Source: Camelus ferus (Eukaryota). From it: a DNA stretch of 64,000 nt. The translations under genes were made by a program, and so were the position numbers. How positions within the stretch are numbered: the stretch's first letter is position 1; the number at the start of each line of letters is the position of its first letter. The notes beneath the pieces are model-generated. The model saw only the letters and a list, made by a program, of their open reading frames with translations, searched no databases and was not told the origin of the DNA. Below, piece by piece: positions 12,936 through 26,889 of the stretch. The stretch lies in NCBI RefSeq assembly GCF_009834535.1, contig NC_045696.1:30692001-30756000 (forward strand). The letters run 5' to 3'.

Positions 12936-14349
12936 AGCTCTATAAGGAAGAAAAAGAAAATACATGAATTCATTCAAATAAAACATAACCTTGACAGAAA
13001 CTGTGTGGCGAAGTACAGATCTTAAACAACTAGATTTGGGTACAATCAAGATAAAAATAAGTCACTCATATTAATCAAAGAAATAGTATGATGCTTTTTT
13101 GTTCTTTACTTTTAATTTCAAGACTTTCTCTCTGATAACTGAAGTAAATTCTTTTTGTTCCTTGCCACTTGGGACCTCTCCTTCCTGCTCAGTTTACAGA
13201 GTACATGTCTAAAATGAGAAACCTCAAATGCACTCTGCACATGCTCTCACCATATTATCCTAAAGTTTATTATACTTAGAGCAGGAATAATTGCTGTAGA
13301 TACCCGCCTGTCCCCTTTTGTGCGGCACAGTGGTTCCTGCACAGTGATCGACATTGCAGTGCCCCATTATAAGTAGCTATCACATTTTTTTTTTATAAAT
13401 GGAACAGATATTTGACGATCTGCCAAAAGCATCTTTGTAAGTCTTAAAGATATTCATACTGTGAAAACTATTCATATAACAAAAGATATATGGACAAGTG
13501 GATAAGTAATTGGTTACATGCCTGGGACTGCCCATGGGGTTTTGTTTTGTTTAAAAAGCAAAACCTCTCACTCTGCTCTTCTGAATAATGTTTCTAGTAG
13601 TGACAGTTTCAAAACGTAGTTTGCTTTTTTTTAATACCTTGTGTGGGAAAAGGTCATAAATACAGCAAGTTATTCAAAGAAAGAGAGAGAGAATTAAAAA
13701 TGAAACAAACCAAAGTCAAAAATAATCAAAAGCTCAACTAAAACAAAATGTGAAAATGGCTTTTTTAAAAAATATAAGACCTTTGTGTAACTTACTCCAT
13801 TGTACTCTGTTTTTTCTTTTTTCAAGCAAAGTAACAGGGTATGGTAACACTGATGTGATATGTCCAGATTACCTGAGCAGTTTGCATAACTATTTTATAT
13901 GCTTTCCACTTAGTCTGTATGAATTTTTTTAGACCAGGAACAGACTATGAAATGTGCTTTGAGTGAATCCTACTAAATCTGAGGCCCCATTGGTCACTCA
14001 GTCACTGAAAATCCAGACACTCAGCTTTTTCAGTTTGACTACACCATTTTGATTTTTAAAAACACATTTTGTAATTCTGGTTCACTTTACTTTGTGCTTT
14101 TTATGAATAATGTTCTGCTGAGTGTGGTACCTTACTTTCATAATTTCCATAAACAACTCTGCAAAGTGTAAAGTTGACAGAAACTTTGAAACCAATTTTA
14201 ATGACAAAGGATGGTTCTTAGTGATTCTCTACCCTAAAATTACTTGCTATTGTTGTTAATATATTTGGGCTGCCAGAGGTACTCTCATTGATCACATTTT
14301 TTGTAATGTTATATTTATGTTTGTAAAATTATTTATTGAAATCTTATGG

Positions 14350-14520
14350 TACCTCCCAATTAAGCTATGAAGTAGGAGTTGTTCTGCTTAGTTTTTGAAA
14401 TAGGAAAAGTAATGTTCAGAAGCATAGTTATTTGTTGGAGATAATACAACTACAAATATGAAAACAAATTCGGAGAAAGATTTATCTGATTCCAAAGTCT
14501 ATCAATTTCTCACTAGGCTG
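14350..14520 (-). mobile_element. MIR remnant
   Basis: 'ctatgaagtagg...ttttgaaataggaaaagtaatgttcaga...tctgattccaaagtct'. Confidence 0.4.
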
Positions 14521-14919
14521 GAATAGGAAACCATGTCTCATCTATGTTTTCTAATATATTCCATGCCCCAAATTTTTACGCTGAGACCAGCAGACTCAGA
14601 TACATGAGCAGGAAAGTGTGTAAAAGAGGAAAAATGGTCTTTACCACTTCAAACGATAAGTGTCATAGGAGTTTGCTTCTTGTAGAAAAATACACACACA
14701 CAAAAATTCTAACACTCTTGCTTCTTATAGATGCTGCCTGACTCTTTGAAAAGCTATTTATCTCCTCTTATCTAACCACAATAAGACCATTTTTTAAATA
14801 GGAATGATTTCAAGTCAGTCAACCTTTGCATAATGGGAATTAAGTCCAATGCAATAACTTATCCAACCTACAGATATTTACTGAATATCTATCTACTGTG
14901 TAACACCTTCAGCTAACAC

Positions 14920-15290
14920 CTTCTTTACCGAGATGAGAGGCATAGGAAACAAGAGTATGCAGGGGAAACAATCTATCCATCATTTAGTTTTGAATTTGGT
15001 AAGATGAGGTGCCTGTAAAACTGAGTCGTGATGTAGCAAGGTAATAGGATATACAACAATGGAGCTAAAATAAGCCTGAACCAACAATTACGATTTGGGA
15101 GTGATGACCATATGCATGATAATTGAGGTCAATGGAATGAATGAAAGTCATTTAGGAAGGGATATAGGGGAAAGAAAAAGGGAGACCCAAGACTGAGTCC
15201 TCAAAGTCTCCTATGTTTATAATGAGAGTAGAGTAAAAACTCAGCAGAGGAGGTTAATACAAGGTGAGAGAATGGAGAAGATAGTAGTTA
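14920..15290 (-). mobile_element. L2 fragment
   Basis: 'gatttgggagtgatgaccata...ataattgaggtcaatggaatgaatga...cccaagactgagtcct'. Confidence 0.45.
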
Positions 15291-16568
15291 AGAAATGTAA
15301 TAGCATCTTTGTCCATATTCTTATTAAGTCTGAATATAAATGTTGATCTGGTGTATTTTATGAGTAATTTTGATATTATAATTCATAATTTCAAAATAAA
15401 GTGTTTCCAGTAGTTTTGCCATATCCACATATGTTCATTACATGGAGATCTTCAGCACATGGTTCTGAAAAAAGACATAAAGTTATAGAAAAATTAGACT
15501 AATTTTGATGTAAACATTTTCAGTAATCACTATTATCTCATAAGGGTAAACATGACTACACAGGTAAGTATATGACAACTGTTATTTAAGTATACTGTGG
15601 TAAATCTGCCTTTTATAATGCGGTAATAGAAAAAGCTCCTATACTTCATAATTACCCCAATTTCAAAATGACTTACTACATAATAGCTGGGCAGTTTCTT
15701 TCAAATTGCAAGTAGCATTACACATTGCATAACATCACTGTATCTAGGATACAAGGTGGCATTTTTTTTTTCCTTCTAAGACATTCAATGCAGTTAATGG
15801 GATAAATAAAAACACCTGCCTAGAACATTTTCTCCATTTGCACTGCAGCAGCTTCTTTTGTGGCTTGAAGTTTTGTTTAGTAAAAGAAAGGAGACAGGTG
15901 TGTAGAGGAGCAAAAATTAGAAAGTAAAAAGCAACCAAACTGAGAGAAAAAGTAAATATCTTAATGAACCATCAAAACAGGAAAGAAAAACTAGAAAGTA
16001 AGGAATTTACTGGAAAACATTTTTAAAGATATTTTATCTTAAAAATAGTATATCAGAACTGTTTTTAAATGGTGTCTTAGAAGTTTAAAATCAAGTTTCT
16101 CCCAGAATTTTGTGTTTATATCTTTCATTCAAGTGAATTAAGTGATATCTTCTTTTAAGCCTAAAACTAATTGCAAGTGATAATTATGTGATCTAACTTG
16201 AGTCAGGATAAAAACTACATGAAGCTGCTATATGGGTCATTTCAGAGAACCATACAAATGTTCAGCCACATTAAGTGACAGCATTTATCTGCTGTATTTA
16301 ATGAATTCTTTCTTCTTCTTAAATTATTACTGTGATGCCACTTTCTACACCATGTCTTTACAGACTAATCAGAGTAACTGATGAACCTCCTTCATTTCGT
16401 CCATCTGGATCATAGACTGATGTTTCCGTGTTTAAACTTGATTCTTAAATAATTGTACTATCTCTTTATAAAGCTGAATGCTAATGGAGATTTAAAATAT
16501 TTCTATGGAATTTAATCTGTGTGGATTAAAAGAGAAAATAATACATTGTTCAAAGCTAAATTAGTTGA

Positions 16569-16937
16569 AGTCAAAGAGAAATTGCACCAGACACTTGTTA
16601 AAAAGATCAAGACAGATCTTATGAGATACTGCAGTGAGGGAGAGATACTTCAGTATAGAATGGTTCACTCTGAATATTGCCAGAGCAAGTCGGGGTTTGT
16701 AGCCAGTGGACTGAATGAGGGGATCAGTGGATGGAAAATTACTGAGGAACTTGTTTAGATGCAAAAGTAAGGTGGGTGCTGAGAAACTTGATTTGATATT
16801 AAGGGTAGGTTGGTTCTCCCTAAACTGGCTTAGCAGAATTCTTGCTGAAGCAGGACTCAGCAGCCAAGGACAAGTTCTAGTACAGAGGAGGGTTCAGAAG
16901 AGCCTTTAAAGTTTGATCTGGGAGAGAGTCCCTGTCA
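16569..16937 (-). mobile_element. ERV1 solo LTR, MER31/MER67-like
   Basis: reverse complement begins 'tgacagggactctctcccagatcaaacttt...ggctcttctgaaccctc' and ends 'gtctggtgcaatttctctttgac'. Confidence 0.6.
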
Positions 16938-18689
16938 ATGGGAAACATCCTTGATGTATAATTGGAACAGTATAACAGAAAGAGGTCAGCATATTTTGAG
17001 CTTTTTTTTTTTTTTTTTGCTCATAGTCTTTAAAGGAGTTAGTGTTTCTATCCATGATAAAATGAGGGCAATATAGCAAAAATGAGATTTAGCAATAAAA
17101 CAGTTGATGTAGTACAAAATATAATCTGTGGCTCATTTCTCTCCCATTTAATGTCCAAGACAAAAAGTCCAAGGAGAGGTACTGAAAAATCATTATTATT
17201 ATTATTTATATTTTTCATTTAAAAAAACCCATAAAATGTTTACAAATATCATACTTGTTTATTAATTTTCACAATGTAGTTTAACTTTCAAGTTTTATGA
17301 TTCTAGTTACATCTCTGTTTATTCTTTAGATTAATAATTATTGTAAAGCATTTATAAATGGCAGTTAGTATCACATACAAAAGTTTGAATAAATTTATAA
17401 AATTTATGTTAATTTTCATTTGGCTGACTTTCAGTATTTCCCTCTTCATAATGATGATTCAAATAGGCTCTTCTAAAAATGTAAGACAGATTTTAAATAC
17501 TTGAAATTGAATATATTCTAAATGCTTAATGACAACTTCCTCTGTTCTATGAAAATTTGAAGAAACATTGAGAATCCCTTCCATCCTACTTTCAGTAACA
17601 CTAGAATAATATGTTATAAGCATCTCAAAATAGAAGAACTCTAGTACAATGTAAAATTTGACAAAGGATTTTGCTAGCTTGAATTTTATAATTTTTTCTA
17701 ATAATTTCTTACTTAAAGGACAGTAAAGTTGACCTTAAATATAAAATGTTAAACTCAAAATATGTCTTTGTTTTAAAATTGCAGAATAATAATTTCTGTG
17801 ATTCCAGTCAAATGAAAGCATTCTAGTAGTCTAATTTTTAGTTTCGGTCAATCAAGGACATAAAAAAAAATAGCAGAAAAGGTCAAAAAACCCTTACAAT
17901 GCATAGAATTTTGAATCAGGCATAGCCCATATAAGTCATTCAAGGGTTTAATTTGAATGCTTCATGCAGTTTCTCTAAACTAAACAAATTGCTTCAGTAG
18001 ATTGATTGAACTACATGAATTTAAGTTAGATATTCAGAAGTGTCCAACTATCCCAAGGGTTTTAGTTTTCTCTCTGCAGTCACTGAGTCACTAATTGATC
18101 CCTTCAAGGCATGGAAGAAAAGAATGTTAGCCCTAGCATTCTCCATTCTAAACTCTTTCCCTACCACTACCACTACCATTAATGAAATTTAACTGTGATC
18201 TGAGAAAAGGTAAGATAGAATCAATTTACAAAGTGAATATTTGGCAATCTCCTTCCTTGACCATACTGCCTCTAGCATGAGTTTTTCTCCTGCCTCTATG
18301 ACATATCACCTCAATCAGAGCCAAACATATGACTTTGGAACTTGATGAAAAAGTAACAACTTAAATTTTGATATACTAAAAATTATTGTTTTCTTCAATG
18401 ACTTTCTTAGTCTTTATAGGTCATGCTATGTTTAATTGAAGTTCAAGAGCTCAACCAGGGAATTAAAAGCTGAAATCTATTCTGTCCATTTATACTTTCT
18501 TGGTAGATTATAGGGTGAGGAATTAAATAGTTAAAGGTAAATAAATTTATTTTTACTTAGTATCCATCTAATCAAAAACCCTCACATTATCCAGCAATGA
18601 TCGAAGAGTGGAGAGGAATAAATATTACAAATTGTCATGCAAATCAGAATACACTTAATTGATAAATTATATGTTATCTATTCTTTCAT

Positions 18690-18790
18690 CAAGCTTTTAT
18701 TGAATATCATTATGCATTAGGCACTCTGCTATGTGTTGGGATGGGATCGGTGAACAAGACACATTACAACACTGAAAACACTCATAGTTT
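18690..18790 (-). mobile_element. L2 3' end remnant
   Basis: 'ttttattgaatatcattatgcattaggcactctgctatgtgttgggatg...gtgaacaagaca'. Confidence 0.45.
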
Positions 18791-19779
18791 TATGGGACTA
18801 CTATGAATTTAATAGTTGGTCCCAGGTGCTGCTTTGACAAAAGGGATAGCAACCTACCACAGCCTTTGTAAAGAATATGTGTGTCTATGTCTTTGTGTAT
18901 CTGTACATGTGTGTGGTGGGGTAAGGTGGTTGACAGTGGGATAATGCAGGCATATGTAATGCAGACTACATGCAAGGGGTGTGACACAGACTGCAAATCT
19001 TTTAGAACTTCAGAGAAAGAGAAGATTAAATTAGACTGGTTTGAATGAGATTGATCTAATAAGGGTGATTTCTGCTTCGGCATCTGGATTCTGGCCCATT
19101 CTTGCAGACACATGTGTTTTTCTTGTGCTTCCTACTTAAATGATTTTTGTCTTCCTATAAGTTTTAATCCAAATTTGACTTTAACATTTTTCCTTGAAAA
19201 CTCTTAGGTTCTTAAAGTTCAGCGTCCATGAATATCACTTGCCAAATTGTTCTGACCATATAGAGTTCATATCCCACAGTTTTTATTTGACAGTGCTCTC
19301 TCGGGTCCAGGGAACCTACATTGAAAACCACCATCTTAAAAGTCTCCCAAGTTTCCCTGAAGATGAGAATTGCCTGCAGTTTTCTAAAACACATGGCTTT
19401 TTAGGTTTTAGACTAAACCTAGTAAATCAGAATGTCTTCGTAATTTGGCTGATAATTATAAGCTGTATATTTAACAGATACTTTAGCAGGGCACTCTTCA
19501 AAAATCCTAAAATTATATTCCTTTTACTGTTTCCCTTCTTATCCTCTCGGTAGTATTAGATACTTTCTTCGCTTGGTCTATGTGTCATCACATTCCTCAC
19601 TGTCTATCCACTTTCTCTTCATTTATTTATTATTATTATTAATTTTTTCTTTTTTGGTGATTTCTCATCCTCTCCTTCAATCTTAAATGTCAGGAAGGTA
19701 AGAATGACCCAGAGTTTGGTCCTGATCATTCTTCCTTAAACGCCCCTTTCTATCCAATGTTTTTACATTAATTTTAGGG

Positions 19780-20610
19780 ATTCTGGATATAATTTTTTTC
19801 TGAAATTCATTTTTTTCCAAAAATATAGGTGATTGAAATTAAGAATAGTAAAACAAACACTAATAGATTCAACAAATGTTAATATTTGCCATGTTTGTTT
19901 TTCCTTTTGTTTTTCTGAATTATTTGAAAGTGAGTTGTAGAGACCACCAGATGTTTCTGCATGCACCCCTAAGAACAAGAATACATATCTGCCCTGCCAA
20001 TTTCACACTTAAGACAATTTAAAATAATTATACAATATTATATAATAGCCATTTCATATTAAATTTCAGCAATTCTTTTCCCCCAGAGGTTCTTGTAGCA
20101 TTTATTTCCCCTAATTCAGAACTTAGTCAAGTTTCATGAGTTGCATTTTTTGGGTAATGTCTCTCTAGGTGCTTTTAATCTAGAACATTCTCCTTCCTTA
20201 CATATTTTAGTACACCGACACTTTATGAATCTAAACCAATGGTCTTGTAGAATATTTCACTTTCTGGAACTTCCTTCATTCTGTACCTTAACTTAGTTTT
20301 GGCAAGAGTGCTTTACAGGTGATGACGCAAGCTTCACATTAATCAGGACACACGTGATGCCAGGATGCTCCAGTACTGGTAATTCTAAGTCTGATCATTT
20401 GGTTAAATGGCACACACCAACCCTTCAGTATAAGAATACATTTTTTCACTTTCTAAAGAGGATGATAATCTACATAATAATACTTTAATATTTCCTGAAT
20501 ATCTTGTTCTTCAACAATCTTTCACCCTTTTTATTTTAACATCCATTGATGCTCCCTGTTTATATCAATTCTTATATTGGGGATTTCAAATATAGTGACT
20601 TTCTAAATAT
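19780..20610 (-). mobile_element. Old L1 3'UTR (L1MC4/5-like)
   Basis: 'ttatttgaaagtgagttgtagaga...cctaagaacaaga...ttttaatctagaaca...aacatccattgatg'. Confidence 0.5.
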
Positions 20611-20919
20611 ATCAGAAATACACAGTGAATAGTATCAGAGACTACGGTCTTCTTGACCTTCATGTGGATGCAATCACCATGCTATTTCTTCAACCCTCAT
20701 TATTAATCTTTCTCTAATATGATCTATTCACATTTTAACATACTCTAGGCTGGACTCCAACACACCTCTTCCAGAGACAGTTTCCTGAAATAAGTCTTGC
20801 TCCAAATTCCAAACTAAGACCAATTCAAAGAACTTGAATTTATGGTACATTTGACACTGTTATCATATCCTACTCTTAAAATGTTTACTTCTGGAACGGT
20901 ATTAGCATTTTGGAGATCC

Positions 20920-21140
20920 AGTGTACTCTGCTAAGTATTTATTGTACATGGTTTGAATATTTTTCCTTAAAATGACCCAAAAATACTATTAAAATTCCCA
21001 TTTTCTAGACAAGATCATGGAGGATGTAGAAAAGCAGTAATTTATTTGAGGTCACATAGCCACTAAGTAAATGCAAGCAGACTTTAATTTCAGATAATTC
21101 TCACTCTTACTAACTCCATCCATAGTCATCGTGCTTTACT
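20920..21140 (-). mobile_element. MIR remnant
   Basis: 'cccattttctagacaag...gaggtcacatagccactaagt'. Confidence 0.45.
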
Positions 21141-22119
21141 GTCTTACTTGGTCTCTCTACTGTGATATTATACAAAATCTTTATAAGATGATATTCAAGT
21201 CTGAACCAGTATCTTCCCAAAATATGTTTCTCTGATATTTCTAGCAAAATAGTGAAACTTCATGTCCCTTTCCTTCCATAAACAGTGAGTCACATCAATT
21301 CCAAACTTTTTGCCTATCTACTACTGTCACTTTTTTGCCTCTTTTTTTTTATCTCCTACCCTAGTCATGTTTAATATATGCATATTATTTTTCCTGTTCC
21401 TTTTTAAAAAATTATTTGATCTGCTTTTGACTCTGAAAGATTGGTTTCAAAATATTTAACACATTTAATCTCCCTCCAACTTGTTAATGGTGCTTTCCTG
21501 CCTAAACTTAGAATCTCTGTTTTCTAGGAAGTTTAGGAGGTAACAGTTGTTTCAGAATTTAGAGACTGAAATAACTCCTGTTGAATGACAGATTATTTTT
21601 GGAATATCTGAGCCTTTGTGAGTCTTCCAGTGAAAAATATAAAACAAATAAAACCAAATCAAAATAAGAAAAGCTCATACTATTAATCATAAAGAAGAAA
21701 AACATACAAATGTAAAACCTATTAGTTAGCCTTCTTTTGTAAAAATCAAAGCATATGGCCTAGAATGGTTTTCAAGGCAACATAGTAAAAATGGTTAAAG
21801 CAGATTTTTTATGTAAGTATATTTCTACAACCCTTCATTTTTATTATGTCTTGTAGAATTGTACATGAATTGGGACCTACATGACATTCTGTTATTTTTC
21901 ACTATTCCTCCTCTTTTGTTTCTGTTCTGTACACAAACAGAAACACTTTATCTCCATCCAAATTACTTTTAATTCATGGGAATTCCTCTAAATACAACTA
22001 TTGAATTCTTACTCAGATATTGCCTATATTAATCCCTCTATAAGAGAGGTCATCAATCACTTTTTTTATGTCATCCATAAAATGGGGCCTCTGCCTCTCA
22101 AAATTTAGTTTGTAGATGG

Positions 22120-22825
22120 TGTAATAAGGAAATTATCTGGCCTCTAAACCCTTTGAATTCACACAGTAATAAGAGTGTCTTTATTGTTCATGGTGGGCCC
22201 CCTTGGACAAAACCACAAAAGATAGTTTACAACAAAGAGGTGACTTATGTTGGCCATAAGATAGGATATGATAAAGAGATGACCAAGGATAGGACAGGAC
22301 ACTTTAGAAAGACCATTCATGTTAATAGAGGGTTGGAGCTCTGAACCATGTGAGGGCACTAGAGATTGAACTCAACCACATAGTGATGATTCAGTCAATC
22401 ACGCCTAGTGATGAAACCCCAATAAAAATTCTGATGATGAAACTTGGGTGAGTTTCCTGTTTGGCAATACTTGTGTGTTATCACATATCATTATACTGTG
22501 AGGATAACATCTCTTAGGAGGATGGACACTTTGCATTTGAAACCCCTCCAGAATTCACCCTATGTATCTCACTTTGACTGGATTTGATGTGTATCCATTG
22601 CTATAACTACAGTCAAAATTATAGGCATTTTCCTGAGTTCTATGAGTTGTTCTAGTGAATTACTGAACTTGAGATAGTACATGGGAGCCCTCAAATTTGT
22701 AGCCAGCTGGTCAGAATTGAGAGTGGTCCTAGGGACACTCAAACATGTAGCTGGTATTCAAGGTGAGGGCAGTCTTGTGGAAGACGATACCCTTAACCTT
22801 AAGTTTGGCAAATTCATTGTAGGAA
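22120..22825 (+). mobile_element. ERVL solo LTR, MER21C-like
   Basis: 'cagtcaatcacgcctagtgatgaaaccccaataaaaattctg...ttcctgagttctatgagttgttctagtgaattactgaac...aaatttgtagccagctggtcaga...gagggcagtcttgtgg'. Confidence 0.7.
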
Positions 22826-25800
22826 TCAATTGGATCAGATTAACATGAGATACTTGAAAAAAATGATGGCTCCTGTCCCTACAACATGTGTGCTAAATCA
22901 AGATTTCTTGAATATGACCCAGAAATCTTTGTTAGCCATGATCCCTCATGTCTCTAAGATATGAGATCAATTGTCCCAGTATATATCTTCAGTTAATTAT
23001 CAATTCTTTATAATGATATATTAAAAGTTTTCTATTAAATATCTATAATCTATAACATCAGTTTTTGAATGATAGGACATATGTCTTATTTACAACCATA
23101 TTCCAATTATCTAGTAGCATATCCAGCACATTGTCAAGGGCTTCAGGAATGTTTGTGTATATTCTTTTACACTTATATTTATGTATATTATATATTTATA
23201 TATTGTCATTTCTCTGTAATTAAATAATTAGTCAATTTGAATGTGTTAATTATGCCATACTTATTTTTCCACTAAAATACCAGTCATATTTATTAAATAA
23301 GTAGTAATTAATATGTCATAGCACTGTACAATCTTGCATTTATTTCATTTAATGTGTTTCACTTAATGTTTTATTTAAATGACAGATATTGACAAACAAA
23401 ATTCAGAATTTTGATTTTTATCTCAACAGAAACATAAATGGTACTTTGGAAATAAAATTTCTCAGTACATCTAAATACTTTTAGAACCTGACATTTCATC
23501 TCATGTAAACATTTCACAAATCCTTGACCTGATCCTACGGATCATTCTGTAGCAATTGTTCTTTAGTGACAATTCTTTCAGTAGTCTTCTGTGCTCCCAC
23601 AACTTTGATTGCATGTCAAGAATTTCAGTCTGGAGAGAAGGTTTGTTCCCAGGATGATGTCCCTGAGTCCAAGACAATAAAATCCATCAGCAATCACTTC
23701 CATGATGACCAACAGAATTGATTGTCTATCAACACCCAACATCAGCATGGCACTCATCAGAAACAGAACATACAGTCAGGCCAGCATTCATCATAGTAGG
23801 AATTTCAATGGTTGTTTTCTTCAATTTTTGTTTACCTATTGATGCAAATTATTGTCAGTTTTCTCATCAGTCTGTGTTTTTATAATGCATATTTGAAAGA
23901 TAATTTGTACTTTTTCTTATTAATTATACATTCTGTTGAATAGGTAAAATATTTTATACATGGCACTCACTAAAATAGTTAAAATTATAGTTCTATATAT
24001 ATATGTTAATGTCTTCTGCATATGTCTATCACATATATAGCACTTTTTTTTTGATGGGTGCCAAAACACATTTTTTCAAAATAAAACCTAAATTTTCTTT
24101 GTTGTTTAGTTATCAGTATTGGCATTGATGTAACTACTTTTATATATAATGAAAAGTGAAACTAAATTCTTTAAAGTAGCAAACTCCTTTCTACAAATAT
24201 AATTTCTCAACAGTTTTCATGGTTATTAATTTGATGTGAACACCTTACATTTAAATAATATCCTTCCTCTGGAGATTTAAATTCATTCTATGTTAAGAGA
24301 GTCATGGCCTGAACTACGCATTCCTCTTGCATTTCATTTTGTGAACAAAGGCATCTTTTTCTTACTGTGAGTTATACTCAGGGAACATTTCTTGTCCAAG
24401 CATCTTGTTTTTGTAGGAAAGTGAATCTTTTTGCTCCAAAGTAGTAATCAAAACACATTCACTTGCAGTTATTTCTACCTTTTGAAACAGGCTTTGATGC
24501 CAATGATTTTTCACTCATGAGTCAGCATATTTCAATATAAGCAGCAAATCTGGGCACTGTTCGGGGAAATTATAAGTATGAAGATTAATTCTTGTGTAGA
24601 ACATGCATAAAAATCAGTCTCAAACATATTCCTTTTGTAGTGCCTTTATGGACAAATTTTAAATTCATGTTACTATACAGGTTTTATAGTATATTAGAGT
24701 TTCAAAAGTGACATCACTGTGCATCAACTTATTAAGTAATGTGACCCTGTATGACATAATGGAAGTCCCACATTTTAGAGTAATACTTCTTACAGTATCA
24801 TCAACTAATCATGCAGTACCTAGTTAAACTAAAAAATTAAACCACTCTGTGGCCATTTATCATGTCCAGAAAGACCTAAAGTTAACATACATACTAACAG
24901 TTAATCTCAAATTGAGATGTTCATTTATGTATTGAATGCCTTGTGTCTCTTACTAAAAGAACAAGACTAATGTCAACTTGAGGATTTTTACCGCCCCAGG
25001 CAATATGAAAAATGTCTCCTCCTTCTGGCAAGTAATCACTCACATAATAAACAGTCACAAAACACTTTACTCTTCTAATATTTTGCTGCCTGAGGCAACC
25101 AGCTGTTCTACCTATATGATACAGCCAGTTATAACTATTGTGCAGTTGCAGTGACTTAATGTAATGGTAATAAAGACATATAATATATTCTGACTCACAG
25201 CCTTGAAGAATTGCCAAGTGCAGGGCAAGATTCTCATTATTTGAATTTTGACTTTATAGCTATTAAAAATACCTTCATAAGGGAAATGGATTGTATTATC
25301 CAGAGTAGTTCTTTGAAGTATAATATTGTTTGCTTTCAGATTTTTCTGATAGTTTTTAGATAACTTATGTAGACTTTGCTTTGTTAATGAATATAATTAT
25401 TATTCTGGACATAAGGCAATATTTACTTGCTGATACTGGAGAATTATCAATATTTCTCTGTATCATGAATAACAATACTTTTCAATTATAAAAAAGATGA
25501 GTAAAGTTGTAATCTCTGAATTCAAGTTGTGAAAAAACAAACCTTAGACAATTAAAATATTATAAGTGAGTTAATATGATTATAAGTCAGTTGATATAAC
25601 ATAAAAATATATCCTTTTATTTCTTATATATATGACAATATTTACTAACAAATGTGCAGAAATTGATTGTATTCTTTTTTAATTATTCCTAATTCTTTTA
25701 TTAGATTGTAAAGGCTTTCAAGTCATGGCCTTGCTTTACATTACTTATCCCTAAGATACACAAAATATCTAGTCAATAAGTGATATTAATAAAGATATTC

Positions 25801-26889
25801 ATGATAATGGTGATTGTATTATTAATAGGCCACTGAAATTAGAACTTGGGCACATTACTAAAATTTTTCCGAAACTAACCATGTGACAACAGGCCTTCTT
25901 GTACTTGAAAAAGTGGCTATTTCATTGGAAAAAAAACCTCAGTAATAATTACAGTAGCAACATAATAATGCCTAGTCCAGATATAATCTACAGCTAGAGT
26001 CTTACAAAATGACAAGAATATAGAGAATGTTCCACTGGACTTTTGTTAATCTCAATAGAAAAGATAAAGAACAAATTCATTGCTATAAATATAATTATTT
26101 TTTGAGGCCTAAACAAGTTTCAGAGATTTTGTCAAAGTAAAATTATCTTGGACGAGGACCATTTCAGGGTAAAACTTGAGATTATGTCTCCATCCACACT
26201 AAAAAATATGCTGGCATTGTAGAAATTATTTTGGTATGTGGTAAATTGTGTATTAAATAATTATGTCCACCTCACAACGTTGATTTTCCTATTTTGAAAA
26301 GTATGACAGAGAAAAAAGGACTTAATGTTATAATGACACTTGTCCTCAAGAGATGTATCAGAGTTCAAATTTCTAACATATGGAGATATCTATTATATAT
26401 GTTCAGTCTTTGGGGTCTACAGTTTGAATTCTAGAACTCAGTAAAATGCCAAACTTCAAAACAATTTTTCGTTACTTCCAAAACCTGTATACCTACTGAC
26501 AGTTATTCAGTTCCTTATTTCTTTCAAAACCAAAGGTTTATTTTAAGAGCAAATTAATGAACTCTTTTTCATCCATAGAGATATTTTCAATAGCTACCTC
26601 TCCACCATCACCCATTTCCCCACAATGCCCTCCCTCTCTCCCACTCTCTCCTGACATATGAGAACTACTCCTGTTTGATTTCATCTCCTAGTCTTTATAA
26701 ATCCCAAGGCAGTTAAACACACAAATCTCTCATCTTTCTTGTTTCCTAGGAAGACTGAACGTACTCAGTAAGAGAGAAAGCTAGTTAGTATTCTTTAATA
26801 CAGGATTCTACATACCTTTACCAATTATAGTTGCATTGTCTGCCTGGAAATTCTATTATTATTTTATTAAATTCTGTGATTTTCCTGTG

